Assembly: GCA_000434555.1 (NCBI GenBank)
Contig: FR880112.1
Span: forward strand, 161-64,160
Direction of reading: 5' to 3'
DNA from: Clostridium sp. CAG:524
GTDB taxonomy: Bacteria; Bacillota_I; Bacilli_A; RF39; UBA660
Length of the DNA stretch: 64,000 nucleotides
Made by a program: the position numbers and the translations under genes. Under the pieces are notes generated by a model, which was given only the letters and a program-made list of their open reading frames with translations, was not told where the DNA came from and did not search any database. Positions 1-8,517 of this stretch are shown piece by piece. The stretch's first letter is position 1. Every line of letters starts with the position of its first letter.

Positions 1-564
1 CTTGGTTATCCTATATTTTTATTATTATATAGACCAGAGTTTGAAGGAAGAAATAATATTCCTAAAAGTGGTAGTGTTATACTTGCTGGAAATCATACTA
101 ATAACTTAGATGCCGCGATAATGCTTGCTGGACCTACAAGAGTAGTTCATATGCTTGCTAAAAAAGAATTATTTAAAAGTAAAATAAGTAATGCATTTTT
201 TAGAAGTATGGGATGTATTCCAGTTGATAGGAAAATTCATGATGAAAATGCTAAAAGCGAAGCAATAGAAGTACTTAAAAATAATGAAGTAATCGGTATA
301 TTTCCTGAAGGGACAGTCAATAGAACAAATGATATAATTCTTCCATTTAAATATGGAGCAGTATCATTTGCAAAAAAGACAGGTGCCTATATTGTTCCAT
401 TTACTATAACAGGTAAATATAAATTATTTAGAAGAAGTATTAAAATAACATATGGAAAACCATATAAAGTTACTGATGACTTAGAAATTGAAAATAAAAA
501 ACTTATGAATATAATTACAAAAATGCTTATAAAGGAGAGAAGTAATGTTAAAAGAAAAAGATAA
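1..564 (+). CDS. 1-acyl-sn-glycerol-3-phosphate acyltransferase family protein (5' end outside window)
   Basis: Frame 1 is open from nt 1 into the listed ORF 121..564. It has the HX4D acyltransferase motif NHTNNLD (nt ~91-111) and an FPEGT motif. Confidence 0.8.
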   Translation, partial: LGYPIFLLLYRPEFEGRNNIPKSGSVILAGNHTNNLDAAIMLAGPTRVVHMLAKKELFKSKISNAFFRSMGCIPVDRKIHDENAKSEAIEVLKNNEVIGIFPEGTVNRTNDIILPFKYGAVSFAKKTGAYIVPFTITGKYKLFRRSIKITYGKPYKVTDDLEIENKKLMNIITKMLIKERSNVKRKR

Positions 565-2254
565 TTATTCATGGTATAAGTATTACAATGATATGAAAAC
601 TCATATTGAATATCCAAATACATCTATGTATTCTTTAATGAGAAAGTGTGCTTTAAAGTATCCATCTAATATTGCATATACTTATTTTGGAAATAAAGTT
701 ACTTATAAAAGTTTTCTTATGAAGATTGATACATGTAGTCGTGCTTTTATAAAATTAGGAGTTAAAAAGAGTGATGTCGTATCTATAATTATGCCTAATA
801 CACCTGAAGCAATTATATGTTTCTACGCATTAAATAGAATAGGCGCTATATGTAATATGATACATCCGCTATCTAGTGAAGAAGAATTTAAATATGATAT
901 TAATTTAACTAGTAGTAAATATGTTATTGTATGTGATCTTGCATATCAAAAATTATTTAATATTAAAGATGATATAAATGTACTTAAGATAATATATTTA
1001 CCTATAAGTGAAAGTATGGATATTGTAACTAAACTTGGTTATAAATTAACAAATGGTAGAAATGTATTAAAACCTGATAAAGATGTTATAATGTACTCAA
1101 GTTTCTTAAATGAAGCAAAGAATTATCATGAAGTTATTAAAGATACTGGTACAGGTGAAGATACTGCTGCTATATTACATAGTGGAGGAACTACTGGTAA
1201 ACCAAAAGGAATAGTTCTTACTAATATGAATTTTAATTCTCTTGTATTAAGTGAACTTGAAATAAATAAGTGTCTTGGAAATGGTATAAGCATTTTAGCA
1301 ATAATGCCAATATTCCATGGATTTGGTCTTGGATGTACATTTCATGCGACATTAGTATCAGGTGGGGCAGCTATTATATTACCTAGTGTTAATCCTAAAA
1401 AGTTTGATGAAACATTGCTTAAATATAAGCCTAATATTTTAGCATGCGTACCTAGTGTACTTGAAGGACTTACTAAAAGTAAAAAACTTAAAGAAACTGA
1501 TTTATCATTTATAAAATGTATAATATGTGGAGGAGATTCATTAAGTGGTGAACTTCAAGAAAAAATAGATAAATTTCTAAGTGATCACGGAAGTGAAACT
1601 CATGTTAGAACTGCATATGGTATGACTGAATGTACTGCTGGTGTAACTATGATGCCAAAAGAAGAAGTAAGAAAAGACAGTATAGGTATTCCATGTCCTG
1701 ATACAATTATTCGTATATTTGATGCTAATAATAAAGAATGTTTAAGTGGTGAAATAGGTGAAATATGTATATATGGACCAACAGTTATGAAAGAATATTT
1801 AAATGATAAAGAAGAGACTGATAATGTACTAAAGACACATAAAGATGGTAAAGTATGGTTACATAGTGGTGATCTTGGATATATGGATAGTGATGGATTT
1901 GTATATTTTAAATCAAGAGCTAAAAGAATGATTGTTTCAAGTGGATATAATATTTATCCAGGACAAATAGAACAAATAATACTTAAACATCCTTATGTAG
2001 AAGCATGCTCTGTAGTAGGAGTACCTCATCCATACAAAAAGGAAGTAGTAAAAGCATATATCGTTTTAAAAGAAGGACTTGTCTTAAATAGTGAAATTAA
2101 GAAAAGCATAAAAGAATATTGTGAAAAGAATATAGCAACTTATGCTCTTCCTTATGCTTACGGATATAGACATGAACTTCCTAAAACTAAATTAGGTAAA
2201 ATATCATATAAAGAATTAATGAATGGAGAAAATGAAGATGAAGAAGAAAAGTGA
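545..2254 (+). CDS. AMP-dependent synthetase/ligase (long-chain fatty-acid-CoA ligase-like)
   Basis: AMP-binding signature LHSGGTTGKPKG and the later GDLGYMDSDGF block. An AAGGAG RBS lies upstream. The 5' end overlaps the preceding gene's 3' end by 20 nt. Confidence 0.85.
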   Translation: MLKEKDNYSWYKYYNDMKTHIEYPNTSMYSLMRKCALKYPSNIAYTYFGNKVTYKSFLMKIDTCSRAFIKLGVKKSDVVSIIMPNTPEAIICFYALNRIGAICNMIHPLSSEEEFKYDINLTSSKYVIVCDLAYQKLFNIKDDINVLKIIYLPISESMDIVTKLGYKLTNGRNVLKPDKDVIMYSSFLNEAKNYHEVIKDTGTGEDTAAILHSGGTTGKPKGIVLTNMNFNSLVLSELEINKCLGNGISILAIMPIFHGFGLGCTFHATLVSGGAAIILPSVNPKKFDETLLKYKPNILACVPSVLEGLTKSKKLKETDLSFIKCIICGGDSLSGELQEKIDKFLSDHGSETHVRTAYGMTECTAGVTMMPKEEVRKDSIGIPCPDTIIRIFDANNKECLSGEIGEICIYGPTVMKEYLNDKEETDNVLKTHKDGKVWLHSGDLGYMDSDGFVYFKSRAKRMIVSSGYNIYPGQIEQIILKHPYVEACSVVGVPHPYKKEVVKAYIVLKEGLVLNSEIKKSIKEYCEKNIATYALPYAYGYRHELPKTKLGKISYKELMNGENEDEEEK

Positions 2255-3065
2255 TTCACAAAAAGAATTTGGTTATAAATTAATGAGACCATTTGTGACA
2301 ATTAAATTTAAAAATAAATATCATCCAGTTGTATTTGGGAAAGAAAATATTCCAGAAAAAGGTGGTATAGTAGTATGTGGTAATCATAGACATGTAGATG
2401 ATCAATATAATGCTCTTATCGCAACTAAAAGAGTAGTCCATATGCTTGCTAAAGATGAATACTTTAAAGGTAAAAAAGAATGGTTCTATAGAATGGCCGG
2501 GTGTATTCCAGTTGATAGAAGTATACATGATGAAAATGCTAAAAGCGAAGCAAGAGAAATACTTAATAATAAAGGAGCAATAGGTCTTTTTCCAGAAGGA
2601 ACTCGTAATGAAGTAACATCTAAAGAAGCAGAAATAGATAAAGTTGCTAAAATACTTGGCATTTCTCATGATGAAGTACTTGATAAACTTAAGAATAAAT
2701 GTACAAGAACTACACAAGTTAATTTACTTATAGAGTTATCTAATAGCCATAAAATTACTAAAGATGAACTTAAAGATTATATACTAAAACCAGATGAATC
2801 ATTATTAAAACTATTAAAAAAGAAAATAATAACTAAAGAAGAATATAAAGAATCTTTACTATTACCATTTAAGTTTGGTGCAGTATCTCTTGCAAAGAAA
2901 ACAAATTCTTTAATAATACCTTATGCGACAGTAGGAGATTATAATGGAGAACGTGATCAATTAATAACAAGAATAGGCTCTCCTATAGATGTATCTAATA
3001 TGGATTTAGAAGATGCTAATAAATTACTTCGTGAAAAAATAATAGAATTAATGCAAAAAATCTAA
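2223..3065 (+). CDS. Second PlsC-family acyltransferase, with an ~85-aa insertion
   Basis: HX4D motif NHRHVDD, FPEGTRN, and LPFKFGAVSLAKK, which is paralogous to the ORF at 1..564. An extra helical insert (EVTSKEAEID...KESLL) sits between the FPEGT and PFKFG blocks. Confidence 0.75.
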   Translation: MEKMKMKKKSDSQKEFGYKLMRPFVTIKFKNKYHPVVFGKENIPEKGGIVVCGNHRHVDDQYNALIATKRVVHMLAKDEYFKGKKEWFYRMAGCIPVDRSIHDENAKSEAREILNNKGAIGLFPEGTRNEVTSKEAEIDKVAKILGISHDEVLDKLKNKCTRTTQVNLLIELSNSHKITKDELKDYILKPDESLLKLLKKKIITKEEYKESLLLPFKFGAVSLAKKTNSLIIPYATVGDYNGERDQLITRIGSPIDVSNMDLEDANKLLREKIIELMQKI

Positions 3066-3105
3066 TTATGGTATATAATATATTTATGAGTGAGGTGTGT
3101 ATTCC

Positions 3106-4200
3106 ATGAAATTTATTTTAACTGCTGGTGGAACTGGAGGTCATATTTATCCAGCTTTATCAGTACTAGATGAAATAAAAAAGGATAAAAGTAATGAATA
3201 CTTATATATTGGAACTAAAGATAGAATGGAAAGTGATTTAATTCCAAGTATGGGAATTCCATATGAGGGACTTGAAATATATGGTCTTTCTAAAACTAAT
3301 ATAATTCGTGATATTAAAAATATTAAATGTATTAGTTCTTCATATAAAAAATGTTTAAAAATAATGGATGAATTTAAACCAGATGCAGTTATCGCATTTG
3401 GTGGCTATGTAACTTTACCAGTATGTTTAGCAGCTAAAAAGAAAGGAATAAGCGTATTTCTTCATGAACAAAACATGTTACCTGGTAAAACAAATATATT
3501 CTTATCATCTAAAGTAGATGCAGTATTCGTATCATTTAAAGATGGAACTAGAAAACTTAAATGTAAAAATATTATATATACAGGTAATCCAGTTAGTCAA
3601 AGAGCTATTGAAACAAAAAAATATAATAAAACAGATTTAGGATTTTCTAAAGATAAAAAACTTATAATAATAGTGATGGGATCTCTTGGCAGTACTTCTG
3701 TTAACGAAAGATTACTTGATTTCTTAAGAAGCTACGAAAGAGATGACACTGAAATTTTATTTATAACAGGTAAAAAGAGTTATGCAGATTTAAATAATAA
3801 TTTAATCGTACCTAAAAGTACTAAAATTGTACCTTTTTTTGAGAATCTACCAAGCCTAATGAAAAGTGCAGACTTAATTATATCAAGAGCTGGTGCTTCA
3901 ACTATCGCAGAAATTATGGCTACTAAAACACCATCAATATTAATACCAAGTCCATATGTAGCTAATAATCATCAATATTATAATGCACTTGATTTAGTTA
4001 ATAAAAAGATAAGTATTCTTATTGAAGAAAAAGATTTAGATAAAAATACACTTATTAAAGCAATAGATGAAATATTTGATGAAAATACTTTAAAAGAAAT
4101 AAAAAGTAATTTAAAAGAAATAAAAGACGTAGCATCTAGTACTTTAATAGTAAATAATATAAAAGCAATATTAAAGGAAAAGAATGCAAAAAAAGGTTAA
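3106..4200 (+). CDS. murG: Undecaprenyldiphospho-muramoylpentapeptide beta-N-acetylglucosaminyltransferase
   Basis: N-terminus MKFILTAGGTGGHIYPAL (MurG G-loop) and a C-terminal SRAGASTIAE block. I prefer the ATG at 3106 to the track's GTG at 3097. Confidence 0.85.
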   Translation: MKFILTAGGTGGHIYPALSVLDEIKKDKSNEYLYIGTKDRMESDLIPSMGIPYEGLEIYGLSKTNIIRDIKNIKCISSSYKKCLKIMDEFKPDAVIAFGGYVTLPVCLAAKKKGISVFLHEQNMLPGKTNIFLSSKVDAVFVSFKDGTRKLKCKNIIYTGNPVSQRAIETKKYNKTDLGFSKDKKLIIIVMGSLGSTSVNERLLDFLRSYERDDTEILFITGKKSYADLNNNLIVPKSTKIVPFFENLPSLMKSADLIISRAGASTIAEIMATKTPSILIPSPYVANNHQYYNALDLVNKKISILIEEKDLDKNTLIKAIDEIFDENTLKEIKSNLKEIKDVASSTLIVNNIKAILKEKNAKKG

Positions 4201-4861
4201 GAGAAAATTCAACTTTAAGAAATTCTTATTCTTTATAATATTTCTATTCTTATTATATATGGGACTTTCATACTTATTATCTATTAAGACAAAAAATATA
4301 GTTATATTAAATAATAGTTATTATAGTGATGATGATATAATTTATACTGCTAATATAGAAGATTATCCTAAGTTTATTCTATTAAATAAAAGCAAAATAA
4401 AAGATAAATTATTAAAACTTGATCTAATAGAAGATGTTACTATTAAAAAGAAATATGGATTTATTTTAGAAATTGATGTCAAAGAAAAGAAAATACTTTA
4501 TTATGTAAGAAGTACTGATACATATAAAGCATCTGATAATAATAATTATAAACTTGATAATATAATAGGCGTTCCTACATTAATTAATTATATTCCAGAA
4601 GATATAGAGAAAAACTTTGTTAAAAAGTTAAGTAATGTAGATAAGAGTATACTTGATATGATAAGTGAAATAGAATATAGTAAGACTTCATATGATGATA
4701 AAAGATTCTTACTTTATATGAATGATGGTAATATGGTCTATATTACTGTATCAAAAGCAGAACTTTTAAATAAATATGTTGAAATAATAAAAAAGGTTGA
4801 TAATAAAAAGGGTATATTATATTTAGATAGTGGAAACTATTTTGAAATTAAAGAGAAGTAA
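4184..4861 (+). CDS. divIB: Cell division protein DivIB/FtsQ-like (single TM plus POTRA)
   Basis: A basic N-terminus, one TM helix, then a POTRA-like region (NIVILNNSYYSDDDIIYTANI). It sits immediately after murG, overlapping it by 17 nt. Confidence 0.65.
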   Translation: MQKKVKRKFNFKKFLFFIIFLFLLYMGLSYLLSIKTKNIVILNNSYYSDDDIIYTANIEDYPKFILLNKSKIKDKLLKLDLIEDVTIKKKYGFILEIDVKEKKILYYVRSTDTYKASDNNNYKLDNIIGVPTLINYIPEDIEKNFVKKLSNVDKSILDMISEIEYSKTSYDDKRFLLYMNDGNMVYITVSKAELLNKYVEIIKKVDNKKGILYLDSGNYFEIKEK

Positions 4862-4895
4862 TTCATAATTTGCTTCTCTTTTAATATAATTTAAT

Positions 4896-5249
4896 ATGGA
4901 AAAGATAGATAAATTTAAAAAATTTGTTTCTAATCATCCTGAATTTGTAGATTATGTACATAAAAATAAAGTAACATGGCAATCTTTTTATGAATTATAT
5001 GATATATATGGAGAAGATATGGATGTATGGAATAAGTATATTAAGGATGATATAAAAGATAGTATTAATATAAAAGGAATATTAAGTACTCTTAAAAATA
5101 TTAATTTAGATTCACTTGAAGAAAACATTGGTTCACTTCAAAAGGCTATGTCTCTTGTAGAAGAATTAACAAGAGATAGTAAGAAAGATGAAGAAAAAGT
5201 AGAAGCAAAAGAAGAAAAGATTGATACTTTCTTTGGAGATGATAAATAA
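4896..5249 (+). CDS. Small acidic cytosolic protein, possibly YlbD-like
   Basis: 117-aa ORF with no TM helix. Its neighbour is YlbE-like. The resemblance is from memory only. Confidence 0.35.
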   Translation: MEKIDKFKKFVSNHPEFVDYVHKNKVTWQSFYELYDIYGEDMDVWNKYIKDDIKDSINIKGILSTLKNINLDSLEENIGSLQKAMSLVEELTRDSKKDEEKVEAKEEKIDTFFGDDK

Positions 5250-5473
5250 TGTACAAAGAAGTAAAAGAAAAACTTGATAAAGATCCTAGATTTAAAAAAT
5301 ATTTAAGAGAGAATTCTAATTGGTATACAGAACTTAATAGAGACCCATCTTCTTATGATAAATTTGTTAAAGAAATGAAAAAGAAATATAAACTTAGAAC
5401 TATAGATAAAGTAGATAATTTTGTTGACACAGTTGATTTAGTAACTAAGATAATTAATATTTCTAATGAATAA
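5249..5473 (+). CDS. YlbE-like small protein
   Basis: 74 aa. The pattern KE..E.L.KDPRFKKYLRENSNWYTELNRDP matches the YlbE family pattern (..FLREQPMWYRKLSRNP..). It abuts the upstream stop codon. Confidence 0.45.
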   Translation: MYKEVKEKLDKDPRFKKYLRENSNWYTELNRDPSSYDKFVKEMKKKYKLRTIDKVDNFVDTVDLVTKIINISNE

Positions 5474-5496
5474 TTTATAGAATATCTATAATATTA

Positions 5497-5525
5497 TTGA
5501 CTTATAAATTTAGTTAAATTAAAAT
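5497..5525 (+). promoter_or_regulatory. Sigma-A-type promoter of pilin paralogue A
   Basis: TTGACT, a 17-nt spacer, then TAAAAT. Confidence 0.5.
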
Positions 5526-5563
5526 TATATTGTAAGATTATAGATAGAAATGAGATGTTAATT

Positions 5564-6073
5564 ATGAAAAAATCAAGTGTTATTATATTTGGAGTACTAA
5601 TAATTTTTGCTATTTTAGTTGTTCCAAAGTTAATTAAAAAGTTTAGTAATGATAGTAAAGTTGATAATACAAATACTACTACTAAAATTAGTAATGATAG
5701 ATTTATTGTTGAAACAAAAAGAATGATAAGAAATGTTCAACATCAATATTTAAGTGATTTTGGTAAATGGAATTATTATGCTTTAGATGGATCAAGGGAT
5801 AAAAATTCAAATCCTGTAACTACTAAAGAATGTACATCAGCTAATGGTATCGATGTAACAACTGATGTTAGCGGAAATATTAAACAATATTGCAGAATAC
5901 ATCATGAAAAAGAAATAATATTTAAAAGTTTTATAGTTACTTTTAATGCTAGCGATGGTCAAGTAAATACATTATATGCTAATGATGGTACATACGAATA
6001 TACTTTCAATAGCAATGGTGGTACAGTTGCATTTGATGCTACTAAAGTTACAGCTACTGAAATTGGTAAATAA
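5564..6073 (+). CDS. Pilin-fold paralogue lacking the prepilin cleavage motif (signal-anchor N-terminus)
   Basis: The body and C-terminus are homologous to the two pilins downstream (FIVETKRMIRNVQHQYLSDFGKW; the last ~45 aa are almost identical to 6192..6668). The N-terminus is MKKSSVIIFGVLIIFAILVV, with no G/FTLVE site. Confidence 0.6.
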   Translation: MKKSSVIIFGVLIIFAILVVPKLIKKFSNDSKVDNTNTTTKISNDRFIVETKRMIRNVQHQYLSDFGKWNYYALDGSRDKNSNPVTTKECTSANGIDVTTDVSGNIKQYCRIHHEKEIIFKSFIVTFNASDGQVNTLYANDGTYEYTFNSNGGTVAFDATKVTATEIGK

Positions 6074-6075
6074 TA

Positions 6076-6096
6076 AAAGCCTTAGGGCTTTTTTTT
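6076..6096 (+). terminator. Intrinsic terminator (AAAGCC-TTAG-GGCTTT plus T-run)
   Basis: Hairpin followed by a T6 run. The same hairpin recurs after each of the three pilin genes. Confidence 0.75.
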
Positions 6097-6119
6097 GACA
6101 AAACTATTTTAAAAATTTA

Positions 6120-6148
6120 TTGACTTATATATTTTTATAATTTATAAT
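6120..6148 (+). promoter_or_regulatory. Consensus sigma-A promoter of pilin B
   Basis: TTGACT, a 17-nt spacer, then TATAAT. Confidence 0.65.
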
Positions 6149-6191
6149 AAATATTGTAAAGATAATAGTAGAAAGGATTGTGATATTTATT

Positions 6192-6668
6192 ATGAAAAGA
6201 CAAGGTTTTACATTAGTAGAGTTATTAGCAGTTATTGCTATCTTAGCTATCTTAGTTATTATTGCACTTCCAAATGTACTAGGAATGTTCAATCAAGCTA
6301 AAAAAGATACATTTACTACTGAAACAAAAGAAATGGTTAAGATTACACAACAACAATATCTAGCTACTTTTGGTAAGTACACAAAATATGCTGTTGACAA
6401 GTCATTACCAAAAGGCGAAACTGATGAAACAAAAGCAATAAATACTGTACCTTGTACAAGTGCTTCTGGAGCTAGTGCAGAACAATATTGTAAAATTGAT
6501 AAAGAAGCTGGAAATTTAAAAAGTTTTATTTTAACTTTTAATGCTAGCAATGGTCAAGTAAATACATTATATGCTAATGATGGTACATACGAATATACTT
6601 TCAATAGCAATGGTGGTACAGTTGCATTTGATGCTACTAAAGTTACAGCTACTGAAATTGGTAAATAA
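6192..6668 (+). CDS. Type IV pilin / competence pseudopilin-type prepilin (class III signal peptide)
   Basis: MKRQG|FTLVELLAVIAILAILVIIALP. This has the short basic leader, Gly-1, Phe+1 and Glu+5 that define the prepilin N-terminal cleavage/methylation domain. Confidence 0.85.
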   Translation: MKRQGFTLVELLAVIAILAILVIIALPNVLGMFNQAKKDTFTTETKEMVKITQQQYLATFGKYTKYAVDKSLPKGETDETKAINTVPCTSASGASAEQYCKIDKEAGNLKSFILTFNASNGQVNTLYANDGTYEYTFNSNGGTVAFDATKVTATEIGK

Positions 6669-6669
6669 T

Positions 6670-6689
6670 AAAAGCCTTAGGGCTTTTTT
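6670..6689 (+). terminator. Intrinsic terminator (same hairpin as 6076..6096)
   Basis: AAAGCCTTAGGGCTTT plus a T-run. Confidence 0.75.
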
Positions 6690-6718
6690 CTTTTTAACAA
6701 AACTATTCTAAAAATTTA

Positions 6719-6747
6719 TTGACTTATATATTTTTATAATTTATAAT
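6719..6747 (+). promoter_or_regulatory. Consensus sigma-A promoter of pilin C
   Basis: TTGACT, a 17-nt spacer, then TATAAT. It is near-identical to 6120..6148. Confidence 0.65.
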
Positions 6748-6789
6748 TAATATTGTAAAGATAATATAGAAAGGATTGTGATATTTATT

Positions 6790-7269
6790 ATGAATAAGAA
6801 AGGTTTTACATTAGTAGAGTTATTAGCAGTTATTGCTATCTTAGCTATCTTAGTTATTATTGCACTTCCAAATGTACTAGGAATGTTCAATCAAGCTAAA
6901 AAAGATACATTTACTACTGAAACAAAAGAAATGGTTAAAATTGCTCAACAACAATACTTAGCTACTTTTGGTAAATTCACTAGATATGCAACTGCTGGTT
7001 CAGCAGACGTTCCTAATGCAGCTACTAACATCGTTCCTTGTACTAGTAGTACTGAAAAATTAGATGCTGGAAAGTATTGTAAAATTGATAAAGAAGCTGG
7101 AAATTTAAAAAGCTTTGTAATCGAATTTAAAGCTAGTGATGGACAAGTAGATACTATTAAAGCAAATGATGGAACTTATAAATATGAACTTACAGGTGGC
7201 AATTATGATGCTACTAAAGTTACAGCAACTGAAATAGGTGCTACAACAACTACAAAAGCAGGAAAATAG
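6790..7269 (+). CDS. Type IV pilin / pseudopilin-type prepilin
   Basis: MNKKG|FTLVELLAVIAILAILVIIALP. The first ~60 aa are almost identical to pilin B. The central and C-terminal parts diverge. Confidence 0.85.
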   Translation: MNKKGFTLVELLAVIAILAILVIIALPNVLGMFNQAKKDTFTTETKEMVKIAQQQYLATFGKFTRYATAGSADVPNAATNIVPCTSSTEKLDAGKYCKIDKEAGNLKSFVIEFKASDGQVDTIKANDGTYKYELTGGNYDATKVTATEIGATTTTKAGK

Positions 7270-7291
7270 TTGTAAATCATAATAAGATATT

Positions 7292-7310
7292 AAAGCCTTA
7301 GGGCTTTTTT
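7292..7310 (+). terminator. Intrinsic terminator (same hairpin)
   Basis: AAAGCCTTAGGGCTTTTTT. Confidence 0.75.
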
Positions 7311-7350
7311 ATTTTAAAAAAATATTTTATAATGTTAATGGTGATGTAAA

Positions 7351-8232
7351 ATGAATTTAATAATAGGTAGTCATGTAAGTTTTAATAGCAAGAAACAATT
7401 ACTAGGTAGTGTAGAAGAAGCACTTAGTTATAATGCAAATACATTTATGATATATACAGGTGGTGCTCAAAGTACTATAAGAAGTAATATAAACGATGAA
7501 TATACATATGAAGCATTTAAATTAATGATAGAGAATAATATTAATCCTAAAAACATTATTGTTCATGCTCCATATATAGTTAATTTAGCAAATAAAAGTG
7601 ATGAGAGAAAATATGAATTTTATATAGAATTCTTAATAAATGAATTAAATAGAGTAAAAGAGTTAGGACTTGATAAAATAGTTCTTCATCCTGGTAGTGC
7701 TACTACATGTACAAAAGAAGAAGCTATCTCTAATATTACTGAAGGCATAAATAAAATATATGAAAAGACTACAGATGTAATGATACTTTTAGAATATATG
7801 GCTGGTAAAGGTAATGAAGTAGGTACTTCTATTGATGAACTTAAAAGTATCATTGATAAAATAAATGATAAAGATAGAGTTGGCGTATGTATAGATACTT
7901 GCCATATGAATGATTCTGGTGTTGATATATCTAAATTTAATGAATTTTTAGATGAATTTAATAGTAAAATAGGTATTAATAAAATAAAATGTGTTCATGT
8001 AAATGATAGTTTAAATCCTATTGGTAGTCATAAAGATAGACATGCTAATATTGGATATGGTACTATTGGATTTGATAACTTAATTAATGTTGTTTATAAT
8101 GATAGATTAGAAGGTATACCATTTATATTAGAAACTCCATATATAAATAGAAATAATAAAGATGCTTATGCTCCATATAAAATGGAAATAGAGAGTATTA
8201 GGAATAAAAAGTTTACTGATTTTATTCAATAA
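7351..8232 (+). CDS. nfo: Deoxyribonuclease IV (endonuclease IV)
   Basis: IGSHVS start, HAPYIVNLA, VLHPGS, LLEYMAGKGNEVG, CIDTCH and ILETP blocks, which are the Nfo TIM-barrel metal ligands. Confidence 0.9.
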   Translation: MNLIIGSHVSFNSKKQLLGSVEEALSYNANTFMIYTGGAQSTIRSNINDEYTYEAFKLMIENNINPKNIIVHAPYIVNLANKSDERKYEFYIEFLINELNRVKELGLDKIVLHPGSATTCTKEEAISNITEGINKIYEKTTDVMILLEYMAGKGNEVGTSIDELKSIIDKINDKDRVGVCIDTCHMNDSGVDISKFNEFLDEFNSKIGINKIKCVHVNDSLNPIGSHKDRHANIGYGTIGFDNLINVVYNDRLEGIPFILETPYINRNNKDAYAPYKMEIESIRNKKFTDFIQ

Positions 8233-8476
8233 ACTTTTTATATTGATTATATTTTTCAATTATTGTTCTATATAGATCTGGATTGAAATTTAATTTATAA
8301 TTTGAAATATAACTCATGAAATTAGTTTCTAATATCTCTTCATAGTCATTCTTAATAGCATTATATATCATATCTATTTCTTCATTTGATGCTGGTATAC
8401 ATTCTTTACTTAAATAATTTATTATATCTTGTTTAGTTAGTTTTGATATATAATTCTTAAGTAGTTCTTTTTTCAA
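8222..8476 (-). CDS. Small helical hypothetical protein
   Basis: 84-aa ORF convergent with nfo. An RBS-like GGAGG lies upstream on the minus strand. I recognise no motif. Confidence 0.4.
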   Translation of the reverse strand: MKKELLKNYISKLTKQDIINYLSKECIPASNEEIDMIYNAIKNDYEEILETNFMSYISNYKLNFNPDLYRTIIEKYNQYKKFIE

Positions 8477-8517
8477 ATAAAAACCTCCTACTAATAGTTT
8501 ATTAGTAAGAGATTTAT

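Noticed and set aside
387-623. This and similar antisense or embedded ORFs from the track: 2280..2717, 6293..6550, 13703..14215, 14665..14883, 19564..19860, 22638..22820, 33350..33544, 35169..35399, 35839..36177, 37702..38073, 39638..39853. Also 40743..41015, 41523..41717, 41751..42026, 42566..42751, 42908..43117, 43566..43751, 43959..44180, 49117..49338, 49552..49740. Also all minus-strand ORFs inside polC (50906..53857), plus 55834..56130 and 61376..61564.
   Set aside because: Each lies wholly inside or opposite a longer ORF with clear family motifs. Their translations are low-complexity Ser/Leu/Ile/Phe-rich strings, as expected from the reverse complement of AT-rich coding DNA. None has a convincing RBS.
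5564-6073. Calling the first pilin paralogue a functional type IV pilin.
   Set aside because: It lacks the G/FxxxE prepilin peptidase site, so it cannot be processed or assembled like its neighbours. It is reported as a pilin-fold paralogue only.
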